NCBI GenBank assembly: GCA_025594325.1
Contig: JANHCV010000007.1
Span: forward strand, 186,001-250,000
Length of the DNA: 64,000 bases
Reading direction: 5' to 3'
From: Blastocladiella emersonii ATCC 22665
Lineage: Eukaryota; Fungi; Blastocladiomycota
This document shows, one piece after another, positions 25,001 to 36,758 of this stretch. The notes beneath the pieces are model-generated. The model did no database searches. It had not been told where the DNA came from and saw only the letters and a list, made by a program, of their open reading frames with translations. Every line of letters begins with the position of its first letter. Position 1 is the first letter of the stretch. The translations under genes were made by a program, and so were the position numbers.

Positions 25001-25212
25001 TTGCTGCGTGTGCGTGTAGTAGCGGCGTGGTTTGGGGGAGAGAAGGTTGCGGGCGGTGGCGGGCTCGTTCTTGGCACCGACGCGCTCCCGAAAGAGAGAT
25101 GAGGCTGAAAGACATCGCGTGACGCCGCTTCCCTCCCCCTCTCTCCCCTCATCGCATCCCCTATCCAACGCAACGCATCAACACTTATTCCAACCTACTG
25201 CAACGTGCTTGG

Positions 25213-26982
25213 ATGACCGCTGCCGGAGCACACCCGCCACCGCCACCACCGCCTCCCGAGGACGCCGTCATGGCGGACGCCGCCGCCGTCGCCCCGGCCG
25301 CGCCGACCGTGGCCAGCGTCGCCGTCGGGTGCAAACTCCTGGTCCTGATGGAGGCCGAGGGCCCCGACGCGTGGCGCAAGGCCGAGGTCCTGTCGATCCG
25401 CTTCGCCGACCGCGGCGCCGACCTGACCGAGTTCTACGTCCACTACGTCGACTACAACAAGCGCCTCGACGAGTGGGTCCCCGCGCGCCGCCTCAACCTC
25501 GCCTCGCTCGAGTTCCCGCGCTCGCGCAAGTCCAAGGCCGCCGCGGGCAGCGGCAAGGGGTCTCCCGCCGTCGGCAAGGGCGCGACGAGCGGTGGGCGCA
25601 AGGGGTCGAGCAACTCCGCGTCGAAGAAGAACTCGGCGACGGGCCGACGCAAGGGTAAGGGCGAGCGCGAGCGCGCGGCCAAGGCTGCTGCTGCTGCCGC
25701 TGCGGCTGCTGCTACTGCCGCCGCCGAGTCCGAGACTCGTCCCGCCGACGATGGGTCCGCGACCCCGGACCTCGCCACCCTCGCCGGCACCACCTCGAGC
25801 ATGCTCGGCGGGACCCACGACGGCGACCACGACCACGACATGGACGACCTCGACGACGAGGAGACCCGCACGGGGCTCGGCGACGCCGACCACGACGACG
25901 ACGACGATCTCGTCAGCGGGCTCGGCGACGACGCCGCCACCGCGAGCCAGCCGCCCACGCGACCCGGCACGCCCTCCGCGTCCAGCGAGCCGGCCTCGGG
26001 CGCCTCGCGCGTCGCAGGCTCCGGGGCCGCCGCCACCGCCGGCACCTCCGGGGGAGTCGAGGGCACCTTCTCGAAGGCCGCCGAGCGCGAGAAGCTGCGC
26101 ACGGGCGGGTCCATGACGCAGTGCGTCTCGGAAATCTCGCGCGTCAAGAACCTGAACAAGATCCAGATGGGCCGGCACGTCGTCGAGACGTGGTACTTTT
26201 CGCCGTACCCGCTCGAGTACGCGTACATTGACACGCTGTACCTGTGCGAGTTCTGCCTGTCGTACTTTGCGTCGGCGCGCGCGCACGAGCGGCACCGCGC
26301 GAAATGCACGCTGACGCACCCGCCGGGCAACGAGATTTACCGGAAGGACGAGCTGTCCTTCTTCGAGATCGACGGCCGCAGGCAGAAACAGTACTGCCGC
26401 AACCTGTGCCTGCTGTCGAAATGCTTCCTCGACCACAAGACGCTCTACTACGACGTCGACCCGTTCCTCTTCTACATCATGACCGTCTCCGACGAGCACG
26501 GGTCGCACATTGTCGGCTACTTTTCCAAGGAAAAGGAGTCGGCCGAGGGGTACAACCTGGCCTGCATCCTTACCCTCCCGCAGCACCAGCGCAAGGGGTA
26601 CGGCCGCCTGCTCATCCAGTTCAGCTACGAGCTGTCGCGCGTCGAGCGCAAGCCCGGGTCCCCCGAGAAGCCCCTGTCGGATCTCGGCCTCCTGTCGTAC
26701 CGCGCGTACTGGACCGAGGTCCTCGTCGACTACCTCCTGCAGCACCCCGAGGTCACCCTCGACGAGGTCGCCGCGGCCACCGCGATCACGGTCGGCGACA
26801 TCCTGCACACGCTGCACGCCCTCAACGCGCTCCGGTACTACAAGGGCCAGCACATAGTGTGCCTGTCGCAGGCGTGTATCGACAGCCACGCGCGCCAGGC
26901 CGCGAAGCCGCGGCGGAACATTGACCCGGCGTGCCTCGACTGGAAGCCGCCCGTGTTCGCCAAGGAGCGGTACCTCAACTGA
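25213..26982 (+). CDS. ESA1: MYST-family histone acetyltransferase, NuA4 catalytic subunit (Esa1/Tip60)
   Basis: Tudor-knot/chromo N-terminus (FYVHYVDYNKRLDEWV), C2HC zinc finger (CEFC..H..C) and MYST core (YCRNLCLLSKCFLDHKTLYYDVDPF, QRKGYG, GSPEKPLSDLG). Confidence 0.95.
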   Translation: MTAAGAHPPPPPPPPEDAVMADAAAVAPAAPTVASVAVGCKLLVLMEAEGPDAWRKAEVLSIRFADRGADLTEFYVHYVDYNKRLDEWVPARRLNLASLEFPRSRKSKAAAGSGKGSPAVGKGATSGGRKGSSNSASKKNSATGRRKGKGERERAAKAAAAAAAAAATAAAESETRPADDGSATPDLATLAGTTSSMLGGTHDGDHDHDMDDLDDEETRTGLGDADHDDDDDLVSGLGDDAATASQPPTRPGTPSASSEPASGASRVAGSGAAATAGTSGGVEGTFSKAAEREKLRTGGSMTQCVSEISRVKNLNKIQMGRHVVETWYFSPYPLEYAYIDTLYLCEFCLSYFASARAHERHRAKCTLTHPPGNEIYRKDELSFFEIDGRRQKQYCRNLCLLSKCFLDHKTLYYDVDPFLFYIMTVSDEHGSHIVGYFSKEKESAEGYNLACILTLPQHQRKGYGRLLIQFSYELSRVERKPGSPEKPLSDLGLLSYRAYWTEVLVDYLLQHPEVTLDEVAAATAITVGDILHTLHALNALRYYKGQHIVCLSQACIDSHARQAAKPRRNIDPACLDWKPPVFAKERYLN

Positions 26983-27006
26983 GTAATTTGTATATAAACT
27001 ATCGTT

Positions 27007-28542
27007 TCACCATCCCGTCACACTACTCCCCGCGCGCTCGAGCGGCGCGACCACCACCTCGACGAAACAGTGCACCCCACCGCCCGCGGCCCCGCCGACC
27101 GCGCCCGCGCTCGCCCCCTTGCGCACGTCCACCATACACTGCACGTTCAAGAACCCGCGCCCGTTGACGCGCACCAGACACTGCCTAGCGATCCCCAGCG
27201 CGCGCATACACGCGTCGAGCGCCGCGCCGGGGTACCGCGCCTCGATCCCGCCGTTGGTGGGGGTATTGAGCGTGAACCTGTCGCACGCGGCGCGCGGGAT
27301 GTGCACGCGCGCGGTGCCCGCGATCCCGGCGGTCGCGAGGGACAGGGAGGCGGACGGTAAGATCGACAGGTGGATCTCGCGGTCGACGCCCGTCATCCCG
27401 ACCGCGGCTTTCGCCGTCGCGCCGGGTTGCGTGCTGTCGGGCATCGTCGTCCCGGCGGCAGCTGCCGCGCGCTCGGCGGCGGACGCGGCCGACGACGCCG
27501 CGGCGTGGGCGGGCTCGCGGATCCCGAGCTCGGCCAGCGCATCGCGCAAAACGTGCGCGGGGAGGATCACGGCGCAGACGGGTGGGCCCGAGGCTGCCCA
27601 CGCTTCGGCGAGCTCGAGGTGCGCGTTGTCCGGCGCGAGGAACGGGTTGAGCGCGCACCGCGTCTGGACCGACGCCGACGCGGCGTCCGAGGCGTCGGCG
27701 AGGAGGAGGTTGAGCGGGGTCACGGCCGGGTCGACGGACCAGATTTTGAGCGAGGTCGCGGGAGTGCCCGTGCCCGACCCGCCGAACCCCGCGACGGCTG
27801 CTGCGGCGTGGGTTTCGAGCGACGTCGCGGGGGTCCCCGCGGCCGACGCCGGGACCGTCGCCGAGTTGTAGATGTTGAGGCAGTCGAGGAGCGTCGCCAT
27901 GTCGACGGTCAGGGGGTACTCGGGGTCCTCCGGCGGGTCCTCTGGTGGGGGTGGAGAGGAGAGCATCTCGCGCGACCCGCGCGGGTTCCCGTCGGCGTCG
28001 AGCCGGACGCGCGCGGTGGGCGGATCGACGTCCATGGACTCTTCGGACTTGACAAGGGGCGCAGCGGGGAGGGGAGGCGTGAACCGGTACGCGCGGAACA
28101 CCTCGCGCGACACGTACGCCGTCGCCTGCACGGTGCCCGCGGCGTCGGACGCGGTCGCGCGCAGGCCGCGCGACGTGATGGTCAGCTGCACCCACTACAC
28201 TCTCGCTGAACAGTTAGAGCTGGCTGGGACGTGTATGACCGATGGGTAAACACGCACGTCCTTGATCTGCACCGCGCGCAACAGCGGCGCAACGAGCCGC
28301 ACGTTCTCGACAGCCGCGAAAAAAACGGCCGACTCGGCGCCGGGGGCGTTGGCGTACAGCGCGGCGGTCGCGCTCGGCGACGGCGTCGGGGCGGTTCGTG
28401 GGGTGGTGCCGGTGCTGCGCGCGGGCGTCGCCACGACGGAGCCCGACTCGTGCGTCCCGCCCGGCGTTGACAGGATCGAGTGGTGCCGGCCGCCGGTCGT
28501 GGACGGGTGGGTTGCATGGGGTTGTGGCGTGGCAGTGGACAT
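27007..28542 (-). CDS. RAD1: 9-1-1 checkpoint clamp subunit Rad1/Rec1/Rad17-like
   Basis: Exon 28542-28258, intron 28257-28195 (gtgcgt..ctaac..tag), exon 28194-27007. Motifs LLRAVQIKD|WVQLTITSRGL, QATAYVSREVFRAY, LLDCLNIY and LVRVNGRGFLNVQCMV. Confidence 0.85.
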
Positions 28543-28654
28543 GGTGGTGGTGTATTCATTCGTTGAGGAGCGAGAGTCGCGCCGAGTTTTGAGGTCAAGG
28601 TCGCGTCGACTCACCGCCGCGCGCCACCCTCGCCGTCGTCGGCAGCGACTCACG

Positions 28655-29923
28655 CTAGAGCAGGCCGAAGACGGCGTCCTCGACGACCCGCACCACGCGC
28701 TGCGGTACCTCCTCGACCTGCTCCCCTTCACCCATCAACACCGCCTCCCAGTCACCCCGCACCGCGGCCCCCGGCGCATACGCGCGCTGGATCCCGACGA
28801 GCGCCACGACCACCGCCCTCCTCACCCCCTCACACGCCGCGCGCTCGCGCTGCAGCGGGCCCGCGAGGTACCCCGCGAGCGACCTTGCCAGTGTCACGAG
28901 GAACACGGGGTACGCCGCGAGCGAGCGGCGCAGCGCGGCGGTGTCGAGGACGCGCAGGGCGTGGACGGCGAGCCACGTCTCGCACGCGGTCGTGGGGGCC
29001 GCGGAGAAGTGGCTCGTGGAGAGGGAGAGCAGGCGGTGGGCGGCGTGGAAGGCCGTCGGCGGATCGACGCCCAGGTCGAGCAGCGACGGGGCGAGGGCGG
29101 CAAAGACGCGCGCTGGGTACAGCCAGACGTGCAGGGGTGCGGGCGGGGTCGCGGATGCGCGGTGGTGCGCGTGCGTCGTGTGCGATAGGGAATGGAGCGG
29201 GTGCAGCAGCTGCTCGGCGAACGCGCGGTGCGGGAGGGTCTCGAACAGCGTCACGACGTACGAGTACATTCTACCGTCGTAGCAGGTTAGCCCCCGATCA
29301 GAGTGTTGAAGCCAGTGAGCGACGTACCCGAGCAGCACCACATCCGCAGGCTCCCTCGCAACCTCGGCCCGCAACACTGCCGCGAGCTTAGCAATCATCC
29401 TCGCCGCCGCCTCGACCTTGATCTCGACCGCGCGCAGCCCCGCGCCGTGCGTCCCCGCGACCTGGTTCCGCACCAGCGTGCCCAGGATCAGGCACAGCGT
29501 CCACCGCGTCACCGCATCCTGTTGGGGACCCTCCCCCGCGAGCTCGGACCGCAACACACCCAGCGCCGCGCGGAACTGCTCGGCGCACTCGGGCCCCGAC
29601 CGAGGGTGCAGCCACGGCAGGTCCACCAGGCTGGATAGCAGCACGGCGACGGCGGGGACGCCTGGGTGGAAGTACACCGCGCAGTCGACTTCCTCGGAGG
29701 AAGATGGAGGGGAGGATGCGAGGTACTCGGCCATGGGCAGCGTCAGCTGCGCCAGGTGGTACACGGTGCACGGCGCCGCGAGCTCGGGTCGCAGCTTGCG
29801 CGGGCCGCCCGACGAGGACGAGGAGGTGTGCAGTAGCGCGTCGACGACGGACGTGGCCGCGGCGACTGCATCGGCGGGGCTCAAGGACGTTGCATCGAGT
29901 GGGGAGGCGGTCATGGGCTGCAT
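28655..29923 (-). CDS. Hypothetical alpha-helical protein
   Basis: 422-aa Leu/Ala-rich ORF with coding-like bias. There is a possible 57-nt in-frame intron at 29327-29271 (gtacgt..gctaac..tag). No family recognised. Confidence 0.6.
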   Translation of the reverse strand: MQPMTASPLDATSLSPADAVAAATSVVDALLHTSSSSSGGPRKLRPELAAPCTVYHLAQLTLPMAEYLASSPPSSSEEVDCAVYFHPGVPAVAVLLSSLVDLPWLHPRSGPECAEQFRAALGVLRSELAGEGPQQDAVTRWTLCLILGTLVRNQVAGTHGAGLRAVEIKVEAAARMIAKLAAVLRAEVAREPADVVLLGYVAHWLQHSDRGLTCYDGRMYSYVVTLFETLPHRAFAEQLLHPLHSLSHTTHAHHRASATPPAPLHVWLYPARVFAALAPSLLDLGVDPPTAFHAAHRLLSLSTSHFSAAPTTACETWLAVHALRVLDTAALRRSLAAYPVFLVTLARSLAGYLAGPLQRERAACEGVRRAVVVALVGIQRAYAPGAAVRGDWEAVLMGEGEQVEEVPQRVVRVVEDAVFGLL

Positions 29924-31833
29924 TCGTTGCGCCGAGGGTGGTGGGGCGGAGAGAAGTGAGCGAGTGTGGCGAAGCCGAGCGAAGTCACGCCTGGATGAGC
30001 GCCGCGTCGGATCGCGAGGATACGTATGGTGCTCCCTCTCACCCAGCAGCAGCGAGAGAACAGGACAGGTTGGACATCAAAGTAGCAACGTAGACCCCAC
30101 AGGGGTTACGGACAGATCGAGGCGCGCGTCAGCGCCCAACGTCCATGAGAGGGACGCGAGCAACTGTCGACGGGCGCATGCATAGAGGAGACGAGCTGCA
30201 AGGGTGCGAGATGTCAGTACAGCGCAGTACCGTCGGAGACCGCTCCGCGCGATACCGGCGCCTGGCGGTATCAGCATCTGCCCCGACTAAATATCGGTTG
30301 CTTCAGCTGCGCAAGCTCCGTTGTTTGCTAACAGCTTCCACGGCAGGAGTCCTGCCAGGGTTCGGCCCCCTCTCGGAGACGTGCTAGTAGGGGTCTCGCC
30401 GGGTACGACGCGCGCGTGCCTGGGATGGATACGTCCTCGTAGCGTCCGGTGCCCCCCTGTGTGTAGCGCGGGAGCCGCGGGCAGGCCCGAGCGAGGCCCG
30501 CCCATAGCCAACCCGCGCGACGTCGATGCCCAGGACCCGGGACTCCACTCGACCCGAAGGTCGCGTGGTGGACCCACATCAGCTCCGATGGATGGTATCG
30601 TGTGCTGGAAAAGGTCCACCGGCAGGCCGCAGTCGGCAGGGACAGGCGAGGCACCAGATACCGTGTGATCGGGTGTTGCGCGAGGGATGGTGATACATGG
30701 CAGAGGTGGCGGGGGCGTTGCGACAGGTGAGGAGGGAGCGCGAGGGTCGGCGGGCGAGGCCGCGGTTATATAGGTGCGGCGCCCTGCAAAGGGCATTCGA
30801 GGTGCAGGTGCCGCGCCGTGCGGACACGCGCGCGTTCGCGGCTCAAAAAAGGCTTGGCGCCACGTCGAAAAAAGTAAGTGCCTCGCGTGTCTCGCACCGC
30901 ACGTGCCCGACGCGTCGCGCGCTGCGCCACAGCACCAAGGCGCTCAGGCGCCAAAAATGGGCTCTGAACGCCGAAAATGGGCTCCGCGCGCACTGATGGC
31001 TCCCACCAAGTCCTTTTTGCCACCGGAAACTGCCATGAAGCCGTCGGCCTGCTCGAGCAACGCGGTCTGCCGGGACCGCGAACAAGGCAGGACGCGCCTG
31101 TTGATTGGCCCCGATCGCTTGCGTGAGCAACGCACGGCACGTTGCCCTGGACCGCGTCACGGTGACTGCGAGGGAGATCACGCTGACGTGCTGGTGAAGG
31201 GCTGTGACGAGCGAACAGTCGTTATTGAGCTGGAGTAGAGGACGATGGATTGGCGAGTCCAGCGCCGCGAGCCGCGTGGCCACGTCCGAAATGCAACAGC
31301 ATCGCGAACTGGTGTCGCGCGACGCGCGTGATGCTCGGGTCACGCGCGCGCGCGTAGCGCTGATCGCGCCACATTTCCCACCACCGCGAACACGGCTGTT
31401 CGCGCCCGGCCGCAGCTGGTGACTCGCCGCCCGTTTCCTGTCGCCCTCAAAAGGTGGCCGCACCCTCGCCGCGGACGTGAGCTCTCTTTAGCTCACGTTT
31501 CCGGATCATACAGTTGTCTCGGGAATCGTGTGGGCTCGACACCACCAGCGCCGTGCTTCCCCCCGCGGTGCTCTTCACTGGTTCGCGTGATACGCGGTCT
31601 TGATGATAGTCACGGTAGCGTTAGCCGTCATGTTCACGGCGATGGCGCCAAGAAGTCAGTCATCCGCCACTGCGATGCCGTGAGATCCGCGTGCAGAGTG
31701 TACTCCCAGCGGCCACCATGGGAAACCCAGACTGAGGCCCGACTTGTACGTATTACAGTTGTTACACGGCGCACACGCAGAGTCTGGTTGGCAAGAATAC
31801 AATAAACTAGTGTTTGTCCCGCATTCTATCGAC

Positions 31834-34800
31834 TCAAACATCCCACGGCGCCCGCATCCGGCGCTCTGCAATCGCAGCCTCGACGGTCCCCGCCGCGGCG
31901 AACCGGAGAACCTTGATGCTCGGAACAGGGACGTCGCGATACGGCTTCGTCGTGGCCGCCAGCAAGCGCATCTCGAGCTCGCGCGCCGCGTGCTCCGTGG
32001 CGGCGACCAGCGGATGCGCAAAGATGACCCGCGTCGCCACACCAAGCGGCGTGGTGCCGCGATACGACTCGGGGTTGAGGATTAGCACGGTCGACCCGCC
32101 AAGGGAAGCGGGCGCAAACTGCTCCACCGCCTCGCCAAACGGCATGGACGTGCCATCGGTGACGCTGATCCCACACGCACGGAGCTGCTCGGTGAAGAGA
32201 CGCGCGAAACCGGTGAACTGCGTCCACACGACGGCCTTGAGGTAAGGATCAGAGCTCGCGGACTCCAAGAGATAGGCTGCGACCGCCGCGAGCTTGGACC
32301 CGTACAGGCTGTCAGCGAGCACCCAGCCGCCGGGATACCGTGAGACAAGCGTCGCGTCGAACTGGATCGCGCACGCGGGACACGCGTCCGCGACCGCGAT
32401 GGAGCACCCGCCGCAAAAAACGTGCGCGCACGGCGCGACCGCGAACGCGCTGGTATGAAGCAGCACGGCCACTGAACACCGTGAGCACGCAATCGGCATC
32501 GCGTTGCAGACCGCGCCAAGCAACGGCGTGATCATGAAGAGCGCGTCGAGTTTCCGTTGCGCCCGATCAAGGCGCGGGCGCAAGTCAAGCACGGCACGAA
32601 CAAGTGATCGTAGAGAAGCTTCGTCGGCGATGCTCACCGCGTCGTTCCGCGGCGGCGCGGGGTTGGGCGACGGGACCGCGAGATCGTCAGCAGCGAGCCC
32701 GTGCGAGAGGACCCAGTCACGGCCGGCGGGCTAGTTCGCGACCGCATTCACAACGGAAGCGCGTGCGCGCGCAAGGTGACCAGACAGAAAGACGGGAAAC
32801 CGCTGAGTCCCAGTGATGTCGCGGGCAAGGACGCGTTGGGCCAATGTGCGCGGATCTACCACGCCGTGTTTGAGCGCAGCAATCGGGAACCAGTCCGTCG
32901 CGAGCTGGTGATGCTGGAAAGCTTTGATGAGCTCGCGCTGGGAAATCAGTGAGGCGGACGCGATGGCAGCGTGAGCGAGAACGATTTCGGTCGGCGTAAG
33001 CTGGACGAGCCGAGTCTCAAACTCGGGAGTCGGGCGGTCGTGATCCGACACAATGCGCGAGATGGTTCGATTGTACATTGACAAAAGCTTCGAGCATCGC
33101 GGTGCGTCAGCGGGAAGGTTCTGCGCGATCGTTTCCGGTAGATACTCCAAGCGGTGGCCGTTGAGCGGGTCTGCAAGATGAACCGTAAAGGACCCGCGCA
33201 GGCCGCCGAGCAGGTCGATGGTGCTGCGAATTTCGGCAAGCCGGAGGTTGTAAGCCTCGCGGAGCATTGTCAGGCGCGCTACAGCCCAGCCCTTGCGCAT
33301 CCGCCATAGAGCCATGCTCTGAGCACGCGCAATGACCGCTTCGCGCTCGTCCTCGCTCATCACCGCGCCGGCGAACTCCGGGACAAAGTAGCCGGCGCGG
33401 GCCCGCGCCTCGGCGTGTTCGTCGCTCGTGAAAAAATCAGCGGGGAGGTCGACGTCCGGGTCAATGTGCCCGATATCCAGCTCCGTCGGCTCTTTCGGGT
33501 TGGTCGTCATTTTCTCGGCGGCCACAAGAACAACGCGGTGGAACCAAGTCCGCTCGAAAACGACCTCGCCGACGCGCGGGCCAAAGTGTGCGGGACCCGT
33601 AGCGACCACGTCACTCAAGTAGTCATCAAGCTGGTTGGAGAACTCGATAGCCCGTGCGAATCCCGCGGCGACTGGCTCGCCAAGCACGGATTCGCGCTCC
33701 TTGCGAAGCAGCGGCCGATGCCACAAATTGGCGCCCGCGAGCTCCGCGATGCGAGCGCGGTAGCGGCCTGAGTGCGTCAAAGCCTCGGCGAGAACGACAA
33801 CGTTGGCGGTGCGCAAGTCGTCCCATGATGTGCCGTCATAATCGTCGAAGCTGCGCAAAACAAGAACGCGCGAATTTTCAGGAAGCGCCGCGGTTGTCGC
33901 ATTGACAATACGCTCCACGTTGCTGTCCGAGTACACAATGAGAGTAGCGCGCGACTCGACGTACTGCGTGGATCCGACGGTCATGACGCCAGGCTCGCGG
34001 CCTGGGCACAGGTGCATGAGCGCGAGGACGGCGGGAAGCACCTCGAGCGCATCATACGTCCCGAGCACCGAATCACGAGTCTCCAGCGACAGCGGGGTGC
34101 TGTGCTCCGTCAGCCACACGTCCCGCTCGGCCCACTCGCCACGCGCAAAGTTGTAGAGCAACCCGCCGGGTCCGAGTCGCACAAACGGGCACGAATCGCG
34201 CAGGTCGGGATCGATAAAGGTTCGCGCCGCGGGATCCGTTTCGCGCGCGTAAAGCCAAGCAAGCGCGCACAGCTGCGTGTCGTCAAGCGCGGTTCGGAAA
34301 CCAGCGGGAGCATACGGGTGCCACGTGCGCTCCCACTGCCTCGAGGTCACCGCGTCAGCCCGAACAGCACGCGCCGAATGCATGATCGCGGGCGGGTAAA
34401 GTTTGAGAATCTTGCGAAGAGCGGAAAGCGCGCCGGGCACCTTGGCGCGCAAGTCACGGTTGAGATCCGCCGTGCGAAGACAGACTTGCCAATCGTAGCT
34501 GAAATCGCGCAACCCACCGCCCCGGTTGTGGTTTTTGGATCCCAAGCGGGGGCGGACGAGGATGCGCAGGTACCGCGCGATAGTGGCGTCCACCTCGGTC
34601 AGAAGTTTAGGGCGATTAAAGCTTTCGTCAAACCGGAGCACGAGCATATCGCCGGCCATGGTCGCCCACCGCGGACGCCAGCCGGGCGAGCACAGTGGGA
34701 GTAGGCACTCGGGTGACTCGACGAGCTTGCGCGGCTCTCGCTCCACGCCGGCGAACCGCGCGTCACCGTCTAGCGTTGGTACAAGGAACGGCTGGATATT

Positions 34801-35609
34801 GGCCGCCTAGAACTCGTGGTGGCCCTCTGGTGGTCGAAGAGGGCCGTCGAGTGGTCCGACGGGGCCCTCAAAGTGCCGGTCGCGCGAGTAGTCGGCCGCA
34901 AAGTCTTGCGGCTTAAGCTGCCGAATTTCGGTTAGGGTCCAGGGATCCGCGCGCGTAGGCAGGCGGTAGTACGAGGAGCTGGTGCTCCATACGTGCGGCT
35001 TGGGTTTCTAATGGCCAAGGTGGCCGCGGTTAAAGACGAAGAGCGGCTCGAGGTGCAGCGTCAGCTCGGCAAGTACCGGAAGCTCGGAAAGGACCCAGTC
35101 GCCCTTGACATCGAGCGCCTCGGGCGGGAATGGGAGGCGGGTGCAGGATTTGACGATATGGGTGCCAAGAAGCAAATCTACAAGTAAGTATGGTGCGCGC
35201 AGCGTCAGCATACCTGTTGGACCGCGGGCGACATGGTGGTTAGCGTACCAGGCTGATCGTTGACCTTGGCGAGCAGTTCGCTCCAGTCTTCGCTAAGAGG
35301 AAACCCGGTCGCAAGGACCTCGTCGGCGTCGGCGAGCGGTAAGCTGGCGCCCAGGCTCTCGACTTCGACCGTGTCGTGCGGGCACTGTGGCGTCGGTTCG
35401 AGGGGCTTCCACCACCCGCGGGCCGCTCGCTCGGCAAGAAGGCGGCGTTCAAGGTGGTCATGAGAGCAAGGTACGTTGATTGGATGAGAGGGCGTCGGCT
35501 CGTCAACTGGCAGGGGAGTGTAAGGGTCGGTGGCGGGAGCAGGCACACGGCGCGGCCGGGCTCGGGCCGGGGCTGCAACAGTTGCAGATCGAGATGGTCC
35601 ACGGGGCAT
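31834..35609 (-). pseudogene. Rad5/Rad16-like SNF2-RING protein, copy 4 (three in-frame TAG codons, no frameshift)
   Basis: Exon 1 is 35609-35249 and the intron starts at 35248. A single frame then runs to TGA at 31836-31834 with TAGs at 35010-35008, 34809-34807 and 32733-32731. RING is CSRC..CAHVFCGGC..CPAC. Confidence 0.75.
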
Positions 35610-35871
35610 AGTAAGCGTTGCAGTAAGTTATTTCATTCGATGCATAGGTCTAGCGTTTTCAGCGGAGACTCGACGCCATGCGGCAGATCAGGCCGGATCA
35701 GCGCTCCGCGTCGCTGAGACCAGGGGGCTGCTGAGACACTCGCGAGACATCAGATGACCTGATTCCTGGACCCACACTCCCTTCACATCAGACTGCCGCC
35801 CTGCTTCCTCGCTTCCTTTCATCCGCCACCTCGGCAAGGCCTATGCAAAGCTAATGAAATAACTTGCCGCA

Positions 35872-36560
35872 ATGGATCCAGCGCCACCGTTCAAACCGAC
35901 ACGGACGAGCGTGACGGTGATTCACACGGACCCGACCGAGCTCTTTGACCCGTTCCGCGACTCGCATGCCGCCGACGTGTTTCTTTATCACGATGCCAGC
36001 ATCCCCGGCCGCATCCTCTATGCACTTCTATGCGGCTTCAACGACTTGCGCTCGGTTGCGCACACGCTCGGCGAGGCGGAGCGGAAGGGGTCTCAAGCCG
36101 CCATGTCCTTCACGCTCAGCGACCTGCGCGCTGAACCGATTGCTCGCTCGCTTCTCATCCTGAACGCGCTCATGAACTGGACACTCGACCGCGCTTTATT
36201 GGGCAGCTCTGGTTTTCAGAGCACCTCGAGGATGACGCGCTAACTTTCTGGATCGAGCAGATGCAAGATTGCCTTCACGTCGACTGGCTCGCAGCTTTTC
36301 CACAAGTGCGCGTCGCAAGTGATGAGACGCTCCAAGCCGTTCGCGCTTGCTGGAGCACTTGGCTCGAGCGGTGCGACTCCCAGCCAACTTCAGCCGAGCA
36401 TGCGGCTGCTCGCGCAAACCTTCTTGCGGTTGACCCGTCGCGTCTTCCTCGGCTTAACAAAGGCTTTGATCCCACCGCAAAGTGGAAGAATGACCGGACC
36501 CAAACAGTTCGCGAGACTCTCATTCTACGCTCCCGCGTACCGCTTTATCCCACGATTTAG
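35872..36560 (+). pseudogene. Truncated DUF4470-like gene relic (paralogue of 57721-61298)
   Basis: GFNDLRSVAHTLGEAERK..SDLRAEPIARSLLIL and IGQLWFSEHL..FWIEQMQDCL..VRACWSTWL align to the full gene. There is a -1 shift at the T-run 36195-36197 and the gene stops after about 230 codons. Confidence 0.7.
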
Positions 36561-36758
36561 GTGTACTGGGTTAGATTAAACTGTTTGTTATCAAACTTGT
36601 GTCTGTGGCGAAAAATCGTGGATACTGCGAGGCATCTGAGCAGAGACTGGTCGAGACGCCGTCAGCTCTCGTCCTCACTCGCGAGTCAAGAAACCCGGGT
36701 CTCGCCCATCCAAAGGAATACACTAAGTCAATCGGAATGTGTTAAATACAGCCAGCCA

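Noticed and set aside
30300-30480. RNase MRP/P RNA (minus strand GCTACACAC, GCACGTCTCC, ACAACGGAGCTT)
   Set aside because: The CR-I-like and CR-V-like motifs are only about 50 nt apart, and the CR-I match is imperfect. This is too short for the MRP fold and would need an Infernal hit.
31834-35609. Genome-wide reassignment of TAG to a sense codon
   Set aside because: Copies 1, 2, 3 and 5 and the IR gene end in TAG right at their conserved C-termini, and no core gene has internal TAGs.
25213-35609. Functional DNA-repair gene cluster (ESA1, RAD1, Rad5-like)
   Set aside because: The Rad5-like genes are dispersed across the window and catalytically degenerate. Adjacency of two core genes is not enough to claim clustering.
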